NCBI GenBank assembly: GCA_905234005.1
Contig: CAJOFW010000001.1
Coordinates: 1 to 36,406 of the forward strand
From: an uncultured Oscillospiraceae bacterium
Lineage (GTDB): Bacteria; Bacillota; Clostridia; Oscillospirales; Oscillospiraceae
DNA length: 36,406 bases
Reading direction: 5' to 3'
This document shows, piece after piece, positions 8,564-19,463 of this stretch (positions are counted from its first letter, which is position 1; each line of letters begins with the position of its first letter). A model generated the notes under the pieces. It ran no database searches, was not told the DNA's origin, and saw only the letters and a program-made list of their open reading frames with translations. A program made the translations under genes and the position numbers.

Positions 8564-9436
8564 ATGGATCTCATGAAGCTGCGGTATTTCCTGTCCGCCG
8601 CGGAGACGGGGAGCTTCACGGCGGCGGCGGCGCGGCATTACACGACGCAGCCGAACATATCCAAACAGATATCCGCGCTCGAACGGGCGCTGGACGCGAA
8701 GCTGTTCATCCGGGAGCACCACGTCCTGCGGCTGACCCGGGCGGGGGAGTATTTATACGAGCAGCTCCGCGACCTGCCCGGGCAGCTCGACCGCGTCGCC
8801 GAGACGGCGCGTGCCCTCGCCCGGAGCGACACGGGCGTGCTGACGGTCGGGATGCTGTCCGGCCAGCGGCTCGATACGGACGTGATCCGCCGGTTCCAGC
8901 GGTTCACGGCGGCGTATCCCGACCTGCAGTTCACGCTCGAGCGGGCGGGTTTTTCGGAGCTTCGGCGGGCGCTGTCGTCGCTGCGGTTTGACATCATCCT
9001 GACGTTTTCGTTCGACGTGACGCCGGACGAGAATCTTGTCATCGAGAGCATACGCGCACGGCAGCAGCCGGCGATCTTCGTCAGCCGCATGAGCCCGCTT
9101 GCGGCGCTCGAGGACTTCTCCGACGCGCCGTACATCGTGATCTCCCCGAAGGAGAGCTACGGCGGCTACGAGCAGTTTCTCCGCTCGTGCCGCCGCAGGG
9201 GGTTTGAGCCGAACATCGTCCGCCTCGCGGACTCGCTCGACAGTCTTCTGTTTTACGTGGAAACCGGCGTCGGCGTCGCCGTCCTCGACCGGAACACCCG
9301 GCTCGAGACCGACCAGAGCATCCGCGTCATCCCTCTGGACGACGAGGACAGCCCCGGCCTCGTCGCCGTCTGGGACGCCCGGAACAAAAACCCGAACATC
9401 CGCAAAATGGTCGACTGCCTGACGGATGATACGTGA
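8564..9436 (+). CDS. LysR-family transcriptional regulator
   Basis: LRYFLSAAETGSFTAAA...TQPNISKQISALE...LTRAG HTH; divergent from the operon. Confidence 0.96.
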   Translation: MDLMKLRYFLSAAETGSFTAAAARHYTTQPNISKQISALERALDAKLFIREHHVLRLTRAGEYLYEQLRDLPGQLDRVAETARALARSDTGVLTVGMLSGQRLDTDVIRRFQRFTAAYPDLQFTLERAGFSELRRALSSLRFDIILTFSFDVTPDENLVIESIRARQQPAIFVSRMSPLAALEDFSDAPYIVISPKESYGGYEQFLRSCRRRGFEPNIVRLADSLDSLLFYVETGVGVAVLDRNTRLETDQSIRVIPLDDEDSPGLVAVWDARNKNPNIRKMVDCLTDDT

Positions 9437-9445
9437 CGGACGGGA

Positions 9446-10639
9446 CTATCGCGCCGCGACGAGGGCCTTCAGGCCCTCCTGCAGGCCCTCGAGGGTGAGG
9501 CGGTACATGGGCACCCTCGCCCTGATGACGCGGATGGTCTCGCTGCCGTAGCCGGACTCCCAGTTCCGTTCGGGCAGGGGGTTGAGCCAGATGACGCGGT
9601 CGTAGCGGCGCAGCAGCTTTTCGATCCACGCGATGCCCGGCTCCTCGTTGTAGCGGTAGTAGTCGCTGCACCCGCCGGGACGCAGCAGCTCATACGGCGC
9701 CATCGACGCGTCGCCGACGACGATGACCTTGTAGTCCTGCCCGAGCTGGGAGAATACCCACTCGGTGCTCACGCTGTCGGCGTGGTGGCAGCCGGGGGAG
9801 TTGTAGAGGTCGTCGTAGAAGCAGTTGTGGAAGTAGTAGGTTTTGAGATCCTTGAACTTCGACTCGCGGCTGACCGCCTGGAACAGGCTTGCGCACAGCC
9901 GCGTAAACTCCCACATCGACCCGCCCGAGTCGAACAGCATGAGAAGCTTCACGGTGTTGCGCCGGGGCCGTCCGAACACGAGCTTCAGCCGCCCGGCGTT
10001 GTCGCCGGTCTCGCGGATGGTGTCCTCGAGCTGCAGCTCGTCCTTCGGCCCGTCCTCGAGCGCGGAGAACTGGCGCAGGCGGCGAAACGCCATCTGAAAC
10101 TGGCGCACGTCGAGCACCGAATCCTCCCGGAAATCGCGGAAATGCCGCTCCCCGGCGACCTGCAGAGCGCTGCGGCTGCGGCCCTCGCCGCCGACGCGGA
10201 TGCCGCCGGGGTAATAGCCGCTGTTGCCGAACGGCGACGCCCCGCCGGTGCCGACCCAGTGGGTGCCGCCGTCGTGGCGTTCGGTCTGCTCTTTGAGACG
10301 CTGCTCGAGCATCGCCCGGATGGTGTCGATGTCAAGGCCCTGATTTTGAAGCAAAGCGGGGTCGTATTCGACCGGGTCGATCGGCGTATTCAGCCAGTCC
10401 TCCAGCTCCTTCGGCAGCTCGTCATACGACCGTATGCCCCTGAAATACTCGAGGAACACCTGATCGAAGCGGTCGAAATCCGCCTCCGAGTGGACGAGCA
10501 CCGCCCGGGCCAGCCGGTAAAACCCGGTCAGCGACGAGCCGTGCAGCCCCATCTGAAGCCCCTCCAGCAGCGTCTGCCACTCCTTGAGCGAGACCTTCAG
10601 CCCCCGCAGACGCAGAAGATAGAAAAAATCCGTGAACAT
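9446..10639 (-). CDS. VWA-domain protein (CoxE-like partner of MoxR ATPase)
   Basis: DSGGSM MIDAS-like motif, YFHNC, VGDASM, WLNP. Confidence 0.88.
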   Translation of the reverse strand: MFTDFFYLLRLRGLKVSLKEWQTLLEGLQMGLHGSSLTGFYRLARAVLVHSEADFDRFDQVFLEYFRGIRSYDELPKELEDWLNTPIDPVEYDPALLQNQGLDIDTIRAMLEQRLKEQTERHDGGTHWVGTGGASPFGNSGYYPGGIRVGGEGRSRSALQVAGERHFRDFREDSVLDVRQFQMAFRRLRQFSALEDGPKDELQLEDTIRETGDNAGRLKLVFGRPRRNTVKLLMLFDSGGSMWEFTRLCASLFQAVSRESKFKDLKTYYFHNCFYDDLYNSPGCHHADSVSTEWVFSQLGQDYKVIVVGDASMAPYELLRPGGCSDYYRYNEEPGIAWIEKLLRRYDRVIWLNPLPERNWESGYGSETIRVIRARVPMYRLTLEGLQEGLKALVAAR

Positions 10640-10643
10640 ATTT

Positions 10644-10763
10644 TATACTGTTACCCAATCAAAAGCTTTGTTTCGTTACCGGGCGCAAAGCCTTGGAAGC
10701 GCAGCCGTCTCGAAGCGAATACAAAGTTCTTTTTGATACTTTTTCTCGAAAGAAAAAGTATTA
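10644..10763 (-). repeat. ~120-bp dispersed repeat, copy 3 (full length)
   Basis: Begins at the TAA of the MoxR gene and ends 4 bp before the VWA start codon. Confidence 0.95.
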
Positions 10764-11597
10764 CCAGCGGCGGGGATTGCCGCCCTGTGCGCGGGACTTT
10801 TGCAGCGTGTCGAGATCCTCGTTTTTCTTGAGCAGCACGCCGGCAAACGGCATCTCCTTTTCGATGCGGCCGGCCGGTATGCCGCCGATCTGCAGCGCCT
10901 GCACCCAGTCGATCAGCTCCGAGGTGGACGGCTTCTTCTGCAGGCCCCGGAGGGCGCGTATCGCGTAGAAGCTCTCGAGCGCCTGCTTTAAGAGCCTGTC
11001 GTCGAGCCTTTCGAAATGGGCGCGGACGATGCGCTCCATCATCTCCGCGTCGGGGAAGTCGATGTAGTGGAACACGCACCGGCGCAGGAACGCGTCGGGC
11101 AGCTCCTTCTCCGCGTTCGACGTGATGATGACGAGCGGCCGCACGGCGGCTTTGACCGTCTCCTTCGTCTCGGGGATGTAGAACTCCATGCGGTCAAGCT
11201 CCCAGAGCAGGTCGTTCGGAAACTCGATGTCGGCCTTGTCGATCTCGTCGATCAGGAGCACGCAGCGCTCCGTGCGGCGGAACGCCTCGCCGAGCTTGCC
11301 GAGCTTGATGTATTTTCCGATGTCGGACACGTCCGCGCCGAACTGGCTGTCGTACAGCCGCTGCACGGTGTCGTAGACATACAGGCCGTCCTGCGCCTTC
11401 GTCGTGGATTTGATGCTCCAGATGAGAAGCTCCAGCCCGAGCGCGTCGGCGACGGCCTGGGCCAGCATCGTCTTGCCCGTGCCCGGCTCGCCCTTGACGA
11501 GCAGCGGCTTCTCGAGCGCCGCCGCGATGTTTACGCTTGCAAGCAGCTCGGGCGCGGCGACATACCCCTCGCTGCCGGTGAATTGTGTCGTTGCCAT
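10761..11597 (-). CDS. MoxR-family AAA+ ATPase (CoxD-like)
   Basis: Walker A GEPGTGKT, Walker B LLIDEIDKA, TSN, LPDAFLRRC. Confidence 0.93.
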   Translation of the reverse strand: MATTQFTGSEGYVAAPELLASVNIAAALEKPLLVKGEPGTGKTMLAQAVADALGLELLIWSIKSTTKAQDGLYVYDTVQRLYDSQFGADVSDIGKYIKLGKLGEAFRRTERCVLLIDEIDKADIEFPNDLLWELDRMEFYIPETKETVKAAVRPLVIITSNAEKELPDAFLRRCVFHYIDFPDAEMMERIVRAHFERLDDRLLKQALESFYAIRALRGLQKKPSTSELIDWVQALQIGGIPAGRIEKEMPFAGVLLKKNEDLDTLQKSRAQGGNPRRW

Positions 11598-11603
11598 GAC
11601 AGA

Positions 11604-12650
11604 TTATCCCTCTTTAACAGATGTATGGATGAACCGCTCCCCCGGGACGCGTTCGGGGAGGACGCCGGTGAGACGGGCCACCTTTTTCGCGATCTTCTTC
11701 GAGTCGTAGGAGCCGACGCCGCCCTTGAGCCTCGGGTCGAGCAGGTCGCGCACGCCGTCGCCGAACATATTCGCGGCGAACACCGTCAGCGCGATCGCCG
11801 CGCCCGGCGCGAACGCCAGCCACGGGGCGACGTACATATAGCTCTTGCCCTGGTTTGAGATGAGGTAGCCCCAGCTCGGCGTGCCGATCGCGACGCCGTA
11901 GCCGAGGAAGCTCAGGCTGGACTCCATCAGGATGACGCCCGCGAGCGACCCCGCCGCCGCCACGATGATGATGGGCAGGATGTTCGGGACGACGTGGCGG
12001 AGCATCTTCCAGCCGGACGTGCCGCCCATGAGGTCGGACATCTTGTTGTAGCCCGCGTCCTTGACGCCCATCGCGGCGGAGCGTATCATGCGGCTGCCGC
12101 CGATGCCGCTCGGCACCGACAGCGCGAAGATGAGCTGCGGGATGCCGTTTCCGAGCATCGACATGATGACGAGCAGCATGAGCATCGCCGGGATGCACTG
12201 CCAGCCGTCCACAAACCGCTGCACGATGAGGTCGACCCACCCGCCGAGCACGGCGGACAGCGTGCCGATGACGACCGATATCAGCGTGGACAGCACGCAG
12301 CAGCTCACGCACAGGATGATCGACGTCCGCGCCCCGTAGATGAGGTACGACAGCACGTCGCGTCCGAGCGTGTCGGTGCCGAGCCAGTGCGGCGCGCCGC
12401 CGGACACGGCGAGAAGGGCCCTCGCGCTCTCGCGTTCGGCCGCGTTCATGAAGAGGTACGGCTTCTGCAGCTTGCTGAACACGTCCACCTGCATCGCGCC
12501 GTCCGTCATCGGGTACGGGGCGATGAAGTCCGCGAAGATCGCGGCGGCAAACAGCAAAAGCAGAAAGATGAGACTTGCCGCCGCGAGCGGCTTCTTTTTG
12601 AACAGGTCGCGCAGAAACGGGCGGCCTGTTTTTTTCCTGTTTTTCTTCAT
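11604..12650 (-). CDS. oppC: Peptide/nickel ABC transporter permease (OppC/DppC)
   Basis: HWLGTDTLGRD, RHVVPN, ESSLSFLG, PSWG, GDGVRDLLDP. Confidence 0.92.
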   Translation of the reverse strand: MKKNRKKTGRPFLRDLFKKKPLAAASLIFLLLLFAAAIFADFIAPYPMTDGAMQVDVFSKLQKPYLFMNAAERESARALLAVSGGAPHWLGTDTLGRDVLSYLIYGARTSIILCVSCCVLSTLISVVIGTLSAVLGGWVDLIVQRFVDGWQCIPAMLMLLVIMSMLGNGIPQLIFALSVPSGIGGSRMIRSAAMGVKDAGYNKMSDLMGGTSGWKMLRHVVPNILPIIIVAAAGSLAGVILMESSLSFLGYGVAIGTPSWGYLISNQGKSYMYVAPWLAFAPGAAIALTVFAANMFGDGVRDLLDPRLKGGVGSYDSKKIAKKVARLTGVLPERVPGERFIHTSVKEG

Positions 12651-12661
12651 GGCCGCGCCTC

Positions 12662-13607
12662 TCAGTCCAGCTCGACGCGGGGGTCGAGCCATTTGTAGCA
12701 GATGTCCACGATGAGATTGATGAGCATGACGATCACCGCCATGACGAGCACGCAGCCCTGAATCACGGTGTAGTCCCGCTGATCGAGCGCCGTGATGAGC
12801 TGCTGGCCGACGCCGGGGATGTTGAAGAGGTTTTCGAGGATGACGTTGCCGCCGAAGACGCCGGCGACCGAGCCGCCGATCACCGTGACGACCGGGATCA
12901 TCGAGTTGCGGAATACGTGCCGGACGAGTACGCGTCCCTCCCCGCAGCCCTTGGCCCACGCCGTGCGGACGAAGTCCGTCCGCATCGTCTCGAGGCAGCA
13001 GGTGCGCACCATGCGAAGCTGCATGCCCGTCTGCGCGAGCGCGCCGATGATCGACGGGACGAGGAACATACCCATATTCGCCCGGAAATCCTGAAACAGG
13101 CCGGCGTATTTGATGTTCGGCGCGTAGCCCCACCACGCGGCGGGGTACACGAGCACGACCGACGCGACGAGAAACGTCGGTATCGCCATGAATATGATCG
13201 CGAACACACGGAACGTGTAGTCGGGGATCCCGTCCTGCCGTGCGGCGCACCACAGGCCGAGCGGGACGGAGAACAGAATCGTCCAGAACAGCTCGAGAAA
13301 GCCAAGCTCGAGCGTGACGGGCAGCTCCCGGGCGATGATGCCGCCGACGGATTCATATTGGAACAGGCTGTTGCCGAGGTCGCCCCGCATAACGCCGCCG
13401 ATCCAGATGAAGAACTGCGTCACGGCGGGCTTGTCGAGGCCGAGACGGACGCGCAGCGTCTCCACGTCCACGTTCTGTCCGGCGGCGGTCAGGCGCTTGA
13501 CCATGAAGTCGAGCGCGGAGCCGGGCAGCATCCGCATCATCGCGAACGTGAGCACGCACACGACGAGCACGGTCGGTATCAGAAGCAGTATGCGCTTTAC
13601 GATGTAC

Positions 13608-13615
<8 letters not shown>
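12662..13615 (-). CDS. oppB: Peptide/nickel ABC transporter permease (OppB/DppB)
   Basis: YIVKR, LGLDKP, GDLG.S, RTAWAKG, RHVFRNS, LDPRV; TTG start after AGGAGG. Confidence 0.92.
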
Positions 13616-14608
<993 letters not shown>

Positions 14609-14612
<4 letters not shown>

Positions 14613-15634
14613 GTGCCCGCCTCCTTCCAGTCGGCCGCCGCAAGCTCGCGGCGGAAGCACGCGCATACGTGGCCCGGCGACGCCTCCTCGTCCGCCGGGC
14701 GCTCGGTGCGGCAGCGCTCGTACTCATACGGGCAGCGGTAGTAAAACGGGCAGCAGTCCGGCGGCGTTGCGGACATATCGGGCGGCTCGCCCCTGATCGT
14801 GTACAGCCCGTGGCTGCGCGGCAGGTCGAGCCGGGGCACCGCCCGGATGAGACCCATCGTGTACGGGTGCGCCGGGGACAGGAAGATGTCGTCCGTCGTG
14901 CCCGATTCGACGATGCGGCCGCCGTACATGATCTTCACCGAGTCGGCGTACCGGGCCACGACGCCGAGGTTGTGCGTGATGAGCACAAGCGACGTGCCGA
15001 AGCGCCTGCGCATATCGTTCATCTGCTCGAGCACCTGCGCCTGGACGGTCACGTCGAGCGCCGTCGTCGGCTCGTCGGCAAACAGGAGCTTCGGGCGGCA
15101 GCTCATCGCCATCGCGATCATCGCCCGCTGCTTCATGCCGCCGGAAAACTGGTGCGGATAGTCGCGTATCCGCGTCTCGGGGTTCGGGATGTCGACGAGG
15201 GCGAGAAGCTCCGCCGCCCGTTTTTCGGCCTCGGCGCGGGACACGCCCTTCTCGTGCAGGCGGATGTTCTCCGCGATCTGGGCGCCGATGGTCATGACGG
15301 GGTTCAGGGCCGTGCCCGGCTCCTGAAAGATCATGGATATCTCGCTGCCCCGGATCGACTGCATCTCCTTATCGCTCACGCCCATGAGGTCGCGGCCGTC
15401 GAAAATGATCTCGCCGCCCTTGATGAACCCGGGCGGGTAGGATATGAGCCGCATGACCGACAGGGCGCTCACCGATTTGCCGGAGCCGGATTCCCCGATG
15501 ATCGCGCAGAATTCGCCCCGGCGCACGGAATAGCTCATGTCGTCCACGGCGCGAAGCTCGCTCCCGTCGGCGAAAAAGCTCGTCCGCAGATGCCGGACCT
15601 CCAGTATGCTGTCGCCGCGAATGTTGTCGTCCAA
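14609..15634 (-). CDS. oppD: Peptide ABC transporter ATP-binding protein (OppD)
   Basis: GESGSGKS, FSGGMKQR, DEPTTALD, HPYT. Confidence 0.93.
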
Positions 15635-15684
15635 GCCGTATCACCTGCCTTTCGTGATGCTGCGTTCGGGTATGGCGCAGGCGC

Positions 15685-15732
15685 AATCATATGATTTATA
15701 TATCATACGTTTCCTGCGTTCAATGCATTGAA
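15685..15732 (-). promoter_or_regulatory. Promoter of the opp operon with overlapping palindromic operators
   Basis: TTGAAC-17-TATAAA (15723-15695); perfect palindromes ttcaatgcattgaa (15719-15732) and aatcatatgatt (15685-15696). Confidence 0.55.
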
Positions 15733-15759
15733 ATAAATATATGGTATATCGGCAGCCGT

Positions 15760-17205
15760 TCATTCCCCCTCCGCCTCGCGGCGGGCGCGCACCTCGCGGG
15801 CGATCGTCTCCACGCGCTCGTCGGTCAGAACGTACAGGCGGCGGAACAGCAGGAATGCCGCGATCAGCCCCACGATCGGGACGACCGCCATCGTCATGCG
15901 CAGGCCGGTCTTCGCGGCCTGTGACACGCCGACCGACCAGTCCACGAGCTTGTCGGCCTCGGCGACCTCCGTGCCGGACTGGAGATGGTTGACGCTCAGG
16001 CAGATCGACGCCACCAGCGCCGCCACGCCCGACGCCAGCTTCACGACGAACGTCTGCATCGAGAAGATCACGCTCTCGTCCCGCCGGCCGTTGCGAAGCT
16101 CGCCGTAGTCGACCGTGTTCGCGAGAAACACCGTCGTCACGACCGTGAGCATCCCGTTCGCCGAGAAGATGAAAAACGCCGGGATGAACAGCAGGTACAC
16201 GCTGGACATGGCCGTGAACGTCAGCATAAGCAGCACGGCGTAGCCCGCGATCGCCATGCCGACGCAGATGTAGAAGATCGACAGGCTCGAGAATTTCCTG
16301 CGCAGCAGCGGGTAGAACGCCATCATCGACAGCACCTGCATCGCCCCGCCGAACGTGTTGAACAGCACATACGCGTCGTTCCACGACGTGGTGCCGAAGT
16401 CGTATTTGAAGAAGTAGATGACGAGGTTCGAGGTGATGTACACCGAGCAGTTGATGAGCACGATGCCGACCGTCACGGTCATGGCCTGATCGTTCTGCAG
16501 AAGGGCGCGGAACATCTCCTTCACCGTCACCGTCCGCATATCGGCGGTCGACCTTTCGCGAACGTTCACGCACACCAGCGCCGTCGCCGCGATGAACAGC
16601 ACGGCGACGATCATCGCGAAATACTTGAAGCCCGTGATCTCGATCATCCTCGCGCCGGCGTCCTGTCCGGCGAAAAGACCGCCCAGCGCGGGCACGGCGA
16701 TCATCGTGACGATCGTGATGATCGCGCTGCCGACCCCGGCGCAGGTACGCGCCAGCGTCGTGAGGCTCTCACGCTCGCGTCCGCCCTCGGTGAACGCCGG
16801 GATCATCGACCAGTATGGGATGTCCATCATCGTGTACGTCACGCCCCAGAGGATGTAGGTGACCGCGGCGTAGGCCGTCAGCCCGGCCGCGTCCAGCCGG
16901 GGCGGGGCGGCGAACATCACAAAAAGCACCGCCGCGTTCGTGACCGTGCCGATCAGCAGCCACGGGCGGAACCGCCCCCACTTCGACCGCGTCTTCGCCA
17001 CGACCACGCCCATGATCGGGTCGTTGAACGCGTCGAATACCCGCGCCGCCAGCAGGATCACGCCCATCGCGATCGCGCTCACGCCGAGCAGATCCTGAAA
17101 GTAGTAGAGCACATAGCTCGCCGAGAGCATGTACACCATGTCCTTGCCCACCGCGCCGAGGCCGTAGGATATCCTGGATTTTGTCGATAGCCGCTGCGTT
17201 TCCAT
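15760..17205 (-). CDS. melB: Glycoside-pentoside-hexuronide:cation symporter (MelB-like)
   Basis: SYGLGAVGKD, DAFNDPIMG, TRSKWGRFRPW, TMMDIPYWS, TVDYGE...RDESVIFSMQTFVVK. Confidence 0.88.
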   Translation of the reverse strand: METQRLSTKSRISYGLGAVGKDMVYMLSASYVLYYFQDLLGVSAIAMGVILLAARVFDAFNDPIMGVVVAKTRSKWGRFRPWLLIGTVTNAAVLFVMFAAPPRLDAAGLTAYAAVTYILWGVTYTMMDIPYWSMIPAFTEGGRERESLTTLARTCAGVGSAIITIVTMIAVPALGGLFAGQDAGARMIEITGFKYFAMIVAVLFIAATALVCVNVRERSTADMRTVTVKEMFRALLQNDQAMTVTVGIVLINCSVYITSNLVIYFFKYDFGTTSWNDAYVLFNTFGGAMQVLSMMAFYPLLRRKFSSLSIFYICVGMAIAGYAVLLMLTFTAMSSVYLLFIPAFFIFSANGMLTVVTTVFLANTVDYGELRNGRRDESVIFSMQTFVVKLASGVAALVASICLSVNHLQSGTEVAEADKLVDWSVGVSQAAKTGLRMTMAVVPIVGLIAAFLLFRRLYVLTDERVETIAREVRARREAEGE

Positions 17206-17323
17206 GATCGCGTCTCCTTTTTACCGTTTCGTGTGCCTTCATTGTACCGCATCCGCCGGGAAAACGCAACGCCGACCGACGCGGTCATTACCCGCATCAG
17301 AAATGAAAATTTGGCCCCGCCCC

Positions 17324-17352
17324 TTGACAAGCGGGGCTTGTTATAGTATTGT
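17324..17352 (+). promoter_or_regulatory. SigA promoter of the SLH-protein gene
   Basis: TTGACA-17-TATTGT. Confidence 0.6.
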
Positions 17353-17421
17353 AAAGGCTGTAATAAATTGTAACCAAGGGGACTGTCCGGCACAGTTTCC
17401 AATATCAGGGAGAACGCAGCT

Positions 17422-19350
17422 ATGCACCGTCTTTCAAAAATTCTGTCCCTTATTCTCGCGCTCACGCTGTGCGCGGGTCTGTTTTCCGCCGCGGCGCTGG
17501 CCGGGGTGGAGGACGTCGCGCTCGACATCGAGGACGTCTCCGACGGCCTTGAGACCGTCCGGGCCGACGGCGAGACCGTCGTTCCCGGCGAGGACGCCGT
17601 CGTCACGGACGGCGCGTCCGTGACCGTCGGCGACGCGGAGAAAAACCTCGCCGACATGATGGCGCGGTATCCGCACGGCTCGTACTGGACAAGCTCGTTC
17701 AACGGCGGCACCACCTGCTACGGCTTCGCGAACATGGTGGTGTTCAACGTCTTCGGCTACTCCACCACCAGCGGCCGCACCTACCGCACCTGGGCCTATG
17801 ACGGCTCCAGCTCGAGCGGCATGGTGAAGCTCGGCTCCGTCGCGAAGTGCACCGAGGCGAACGTGCGCGAGCTTTTAAGCCAGGCCATGCCCGGCGACGT
17901 GGTGCAGTTCGACACCTACAACGGCGGCGGCGGCCAGCACAGCAGCGTCATCTCCGCCGTCAGCGAAGACGGCGTGACGATCTACGAGTGCAACTGGTAC
18001 GGCAGCGGCCTCGTCACGAACACCTACCTCACGTTCGCCGAGTTCGCCCGCCGCCAGTACTCCTACTCGTCCGGCGCGCAGATGCGCGGCACGCTCTCGC
18101 TTTTGCGCTCGGACAACTACGACACGTCCGACGGCGGCACGACGGCGCTGTCGATCTACGGCGCGGTCTATCCCGCCGGTACGATCGCCGCCGGGCAGAG
18201 CTTCACGCTCAAGGGCGTGATCGTCTCCGGCTCCCGGCTCACGAGCGTCATCGGCGTCATCACGAACGCCTCCGGCACGCCGGTCATGAACTACAGCACA
18301 AACCCGGACGCCACGACCTACAACATCCAGACCGGCGGTCTCGACAGCGCGTTCCGCTTCGCCACGCTGGCAAACGGCAGCTACACCTACACCGTCACCG
18401 CCTCGAACGCCGAGGAGACGAAAACGCTCATCAGCAGCGTGTTCCACGTCGGCGCGCCCTCGACGTACACGATTCGCTACGACGCAAACGGCGGCGAGAA
18501 CGGGCCGGAAGCCGTCACCAAGGTCTACGGCGAGGACGTCACGATCTCCGACGTCGTCCCGACCCTTCCGGGCTACACGTTCATCTGCTGGGCGGACGAG
18601 TCCGGCGCCGGCACGATGTACGTCGCCGGCGATACATACGTCCTCAACCGCAGCGCGACGCTGGTCGCCATCTGGATACGGGACGACGAGGATCCCCCCG
18701 TACTGCCCACGGATGACCCCGTTCCCACGGATGACCCCGCGCCCACGGATGACCCCGTCCCCACGGACGTGATCGACGACCCCGACCCGGCGGCCGACCC
18801 CGACCCGGCGGGCCTTCTTCCGTTCACGGACGTGCCCGTGACCGCGTCGTACTACCCCGCCGTGAGCTGGGCGTACGAAAACGGCATCGTGAAGGGCACG
18901 AGCGCGACGACCTTCTCCCCCGCCGCCGCCGGTACACGCGGACAGATCGTCCTGATGCTCTACCGTCTCGCCGGCAAGCCCGACGTGACCGGCCTTGACA
19001 ATCCGTTTTCCGACGTGAAGAAGAGCGCGTCGTATTACAAGGCCGTGATCTGGGCGTACCACGAGGGCATCATCAAGGGCTCGTCCCCGACCCGCTTCCG
19101 CCCGAACGAGAGCGTTCCGCGCTGGCAGCTTGTCCTGATGCTCTACCGTCTGGCCGGGAAGCCGGCGGTCAGCGGCGTCGAAAATCCGTTCACGGACGTG
19201 AACCCCGGCGACGTCTACTACAACGCCGTCCTCTGGGCCTACGAGACCGGCGTCACCCTCGGCACGAGCGCGACGACCTTCTCCCCCTGCAGCGACTGTA
19301 TGCGCTACCAGCTCGTCACCTTCCTGAGCCGCTGCGGCGCTCTCCTCTGA
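17422..19350 (+). CDS. Secreted SLH-anchored protein with CHAP/NlpC-like catalytic domain, Ig-like and InlB-B-repeat domains
   Basis: Signal peptide; TCYGFA...PGDVVQF...QHS...IYECN (Cys-His-Glu); YDANGG...PTLPGYTF.CW repeat; PTDD linker; three SLH repeats (FTDV...AV.WAY..GI..G...F.P....R.Q). Confidence 0.85.
   Translation: MHRLSKILSLILALTLCAGLFSAAALAGVEDVALDIEDVSDGLETVRADGETVVPGEDAVVTDGASVTVGDAEKNLADMMARYPHGSYWTSSFNGGTTCYGFANMVVFNVFGYSTTSGRTYRTWAYDGSSSSGMVKLGSVAKCTEANVRELLSQAMPGDVVQFDTYNGGGGQHSSVISAVSEDGVTIYECNWYGSGLVTNTYLTFAEFARRQYSYSSGAQMRGTLSLLRSDNYDTSDGGTTALSIYGAVYPAGTIAAGQSFTLKGVIVSGSRLTSVIGVITNASGTPVMNYSTNPDATTYNIQTGGLDSAFRFATLANGSYTYTVTASNAEETKTLISSVFHVGAPSTYTIRYDANGGENGPEAVTKVYGEDVTISDVVPTLPGYTFICWADESGAGTMYVAGDTYVLNRSATLVAIWIRDDEDPPVLPTDDPVPTDDPAPTDDPVPTDVIDDPDPAADPDPAGLLPFTDVPVTASYYPAVSWAYENGIVKGTSATTFSPAAAGTRGQIVLMLYRLAGKPDVTGLDNPFSDVKKSASYYKAVIWAYHEGIIKGSSPTRFRPNESVPRWQLVLMLYRLAGKPAVSGVENPFTDVNPGDVYYNAVLWAYETGVTLGTSATTFSPCSDCMRYQLVTFLSRCGALL
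18706..18768 (+). repeat. In-frame 18-bp tandem repeat x3.5 (PTDDPV/A linker)
   Basis: cccacggatgacccc-gNN units. Confidence 0.9.
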
Positions 19351-19388
19351 CCCGGCGGTCAGCGGCCGATCGGCCAGAGAAAACGATA

Positions 19389-19426
19389 AACCCCCGGCGC
19401 ACGCCATTGGCGCTGCGCCGGGGGTT
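19389..19426. terminator. Hairpin between convergent genes
   Basis: aacccccggcgca / tgcgccgggggtt stem. Confidence 0.7.
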
Positions 19427-19463
19427 CCTTCTGTTTTATCGGGGAACGGTATCGGGAAGCGGA

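Noticed and set aside
11604..13253. 549-aa version of the OppC ORF as a fusion protein
   Set aside because: The upstream part overlaps oppB in another frame; the likely real start is ATG 12650
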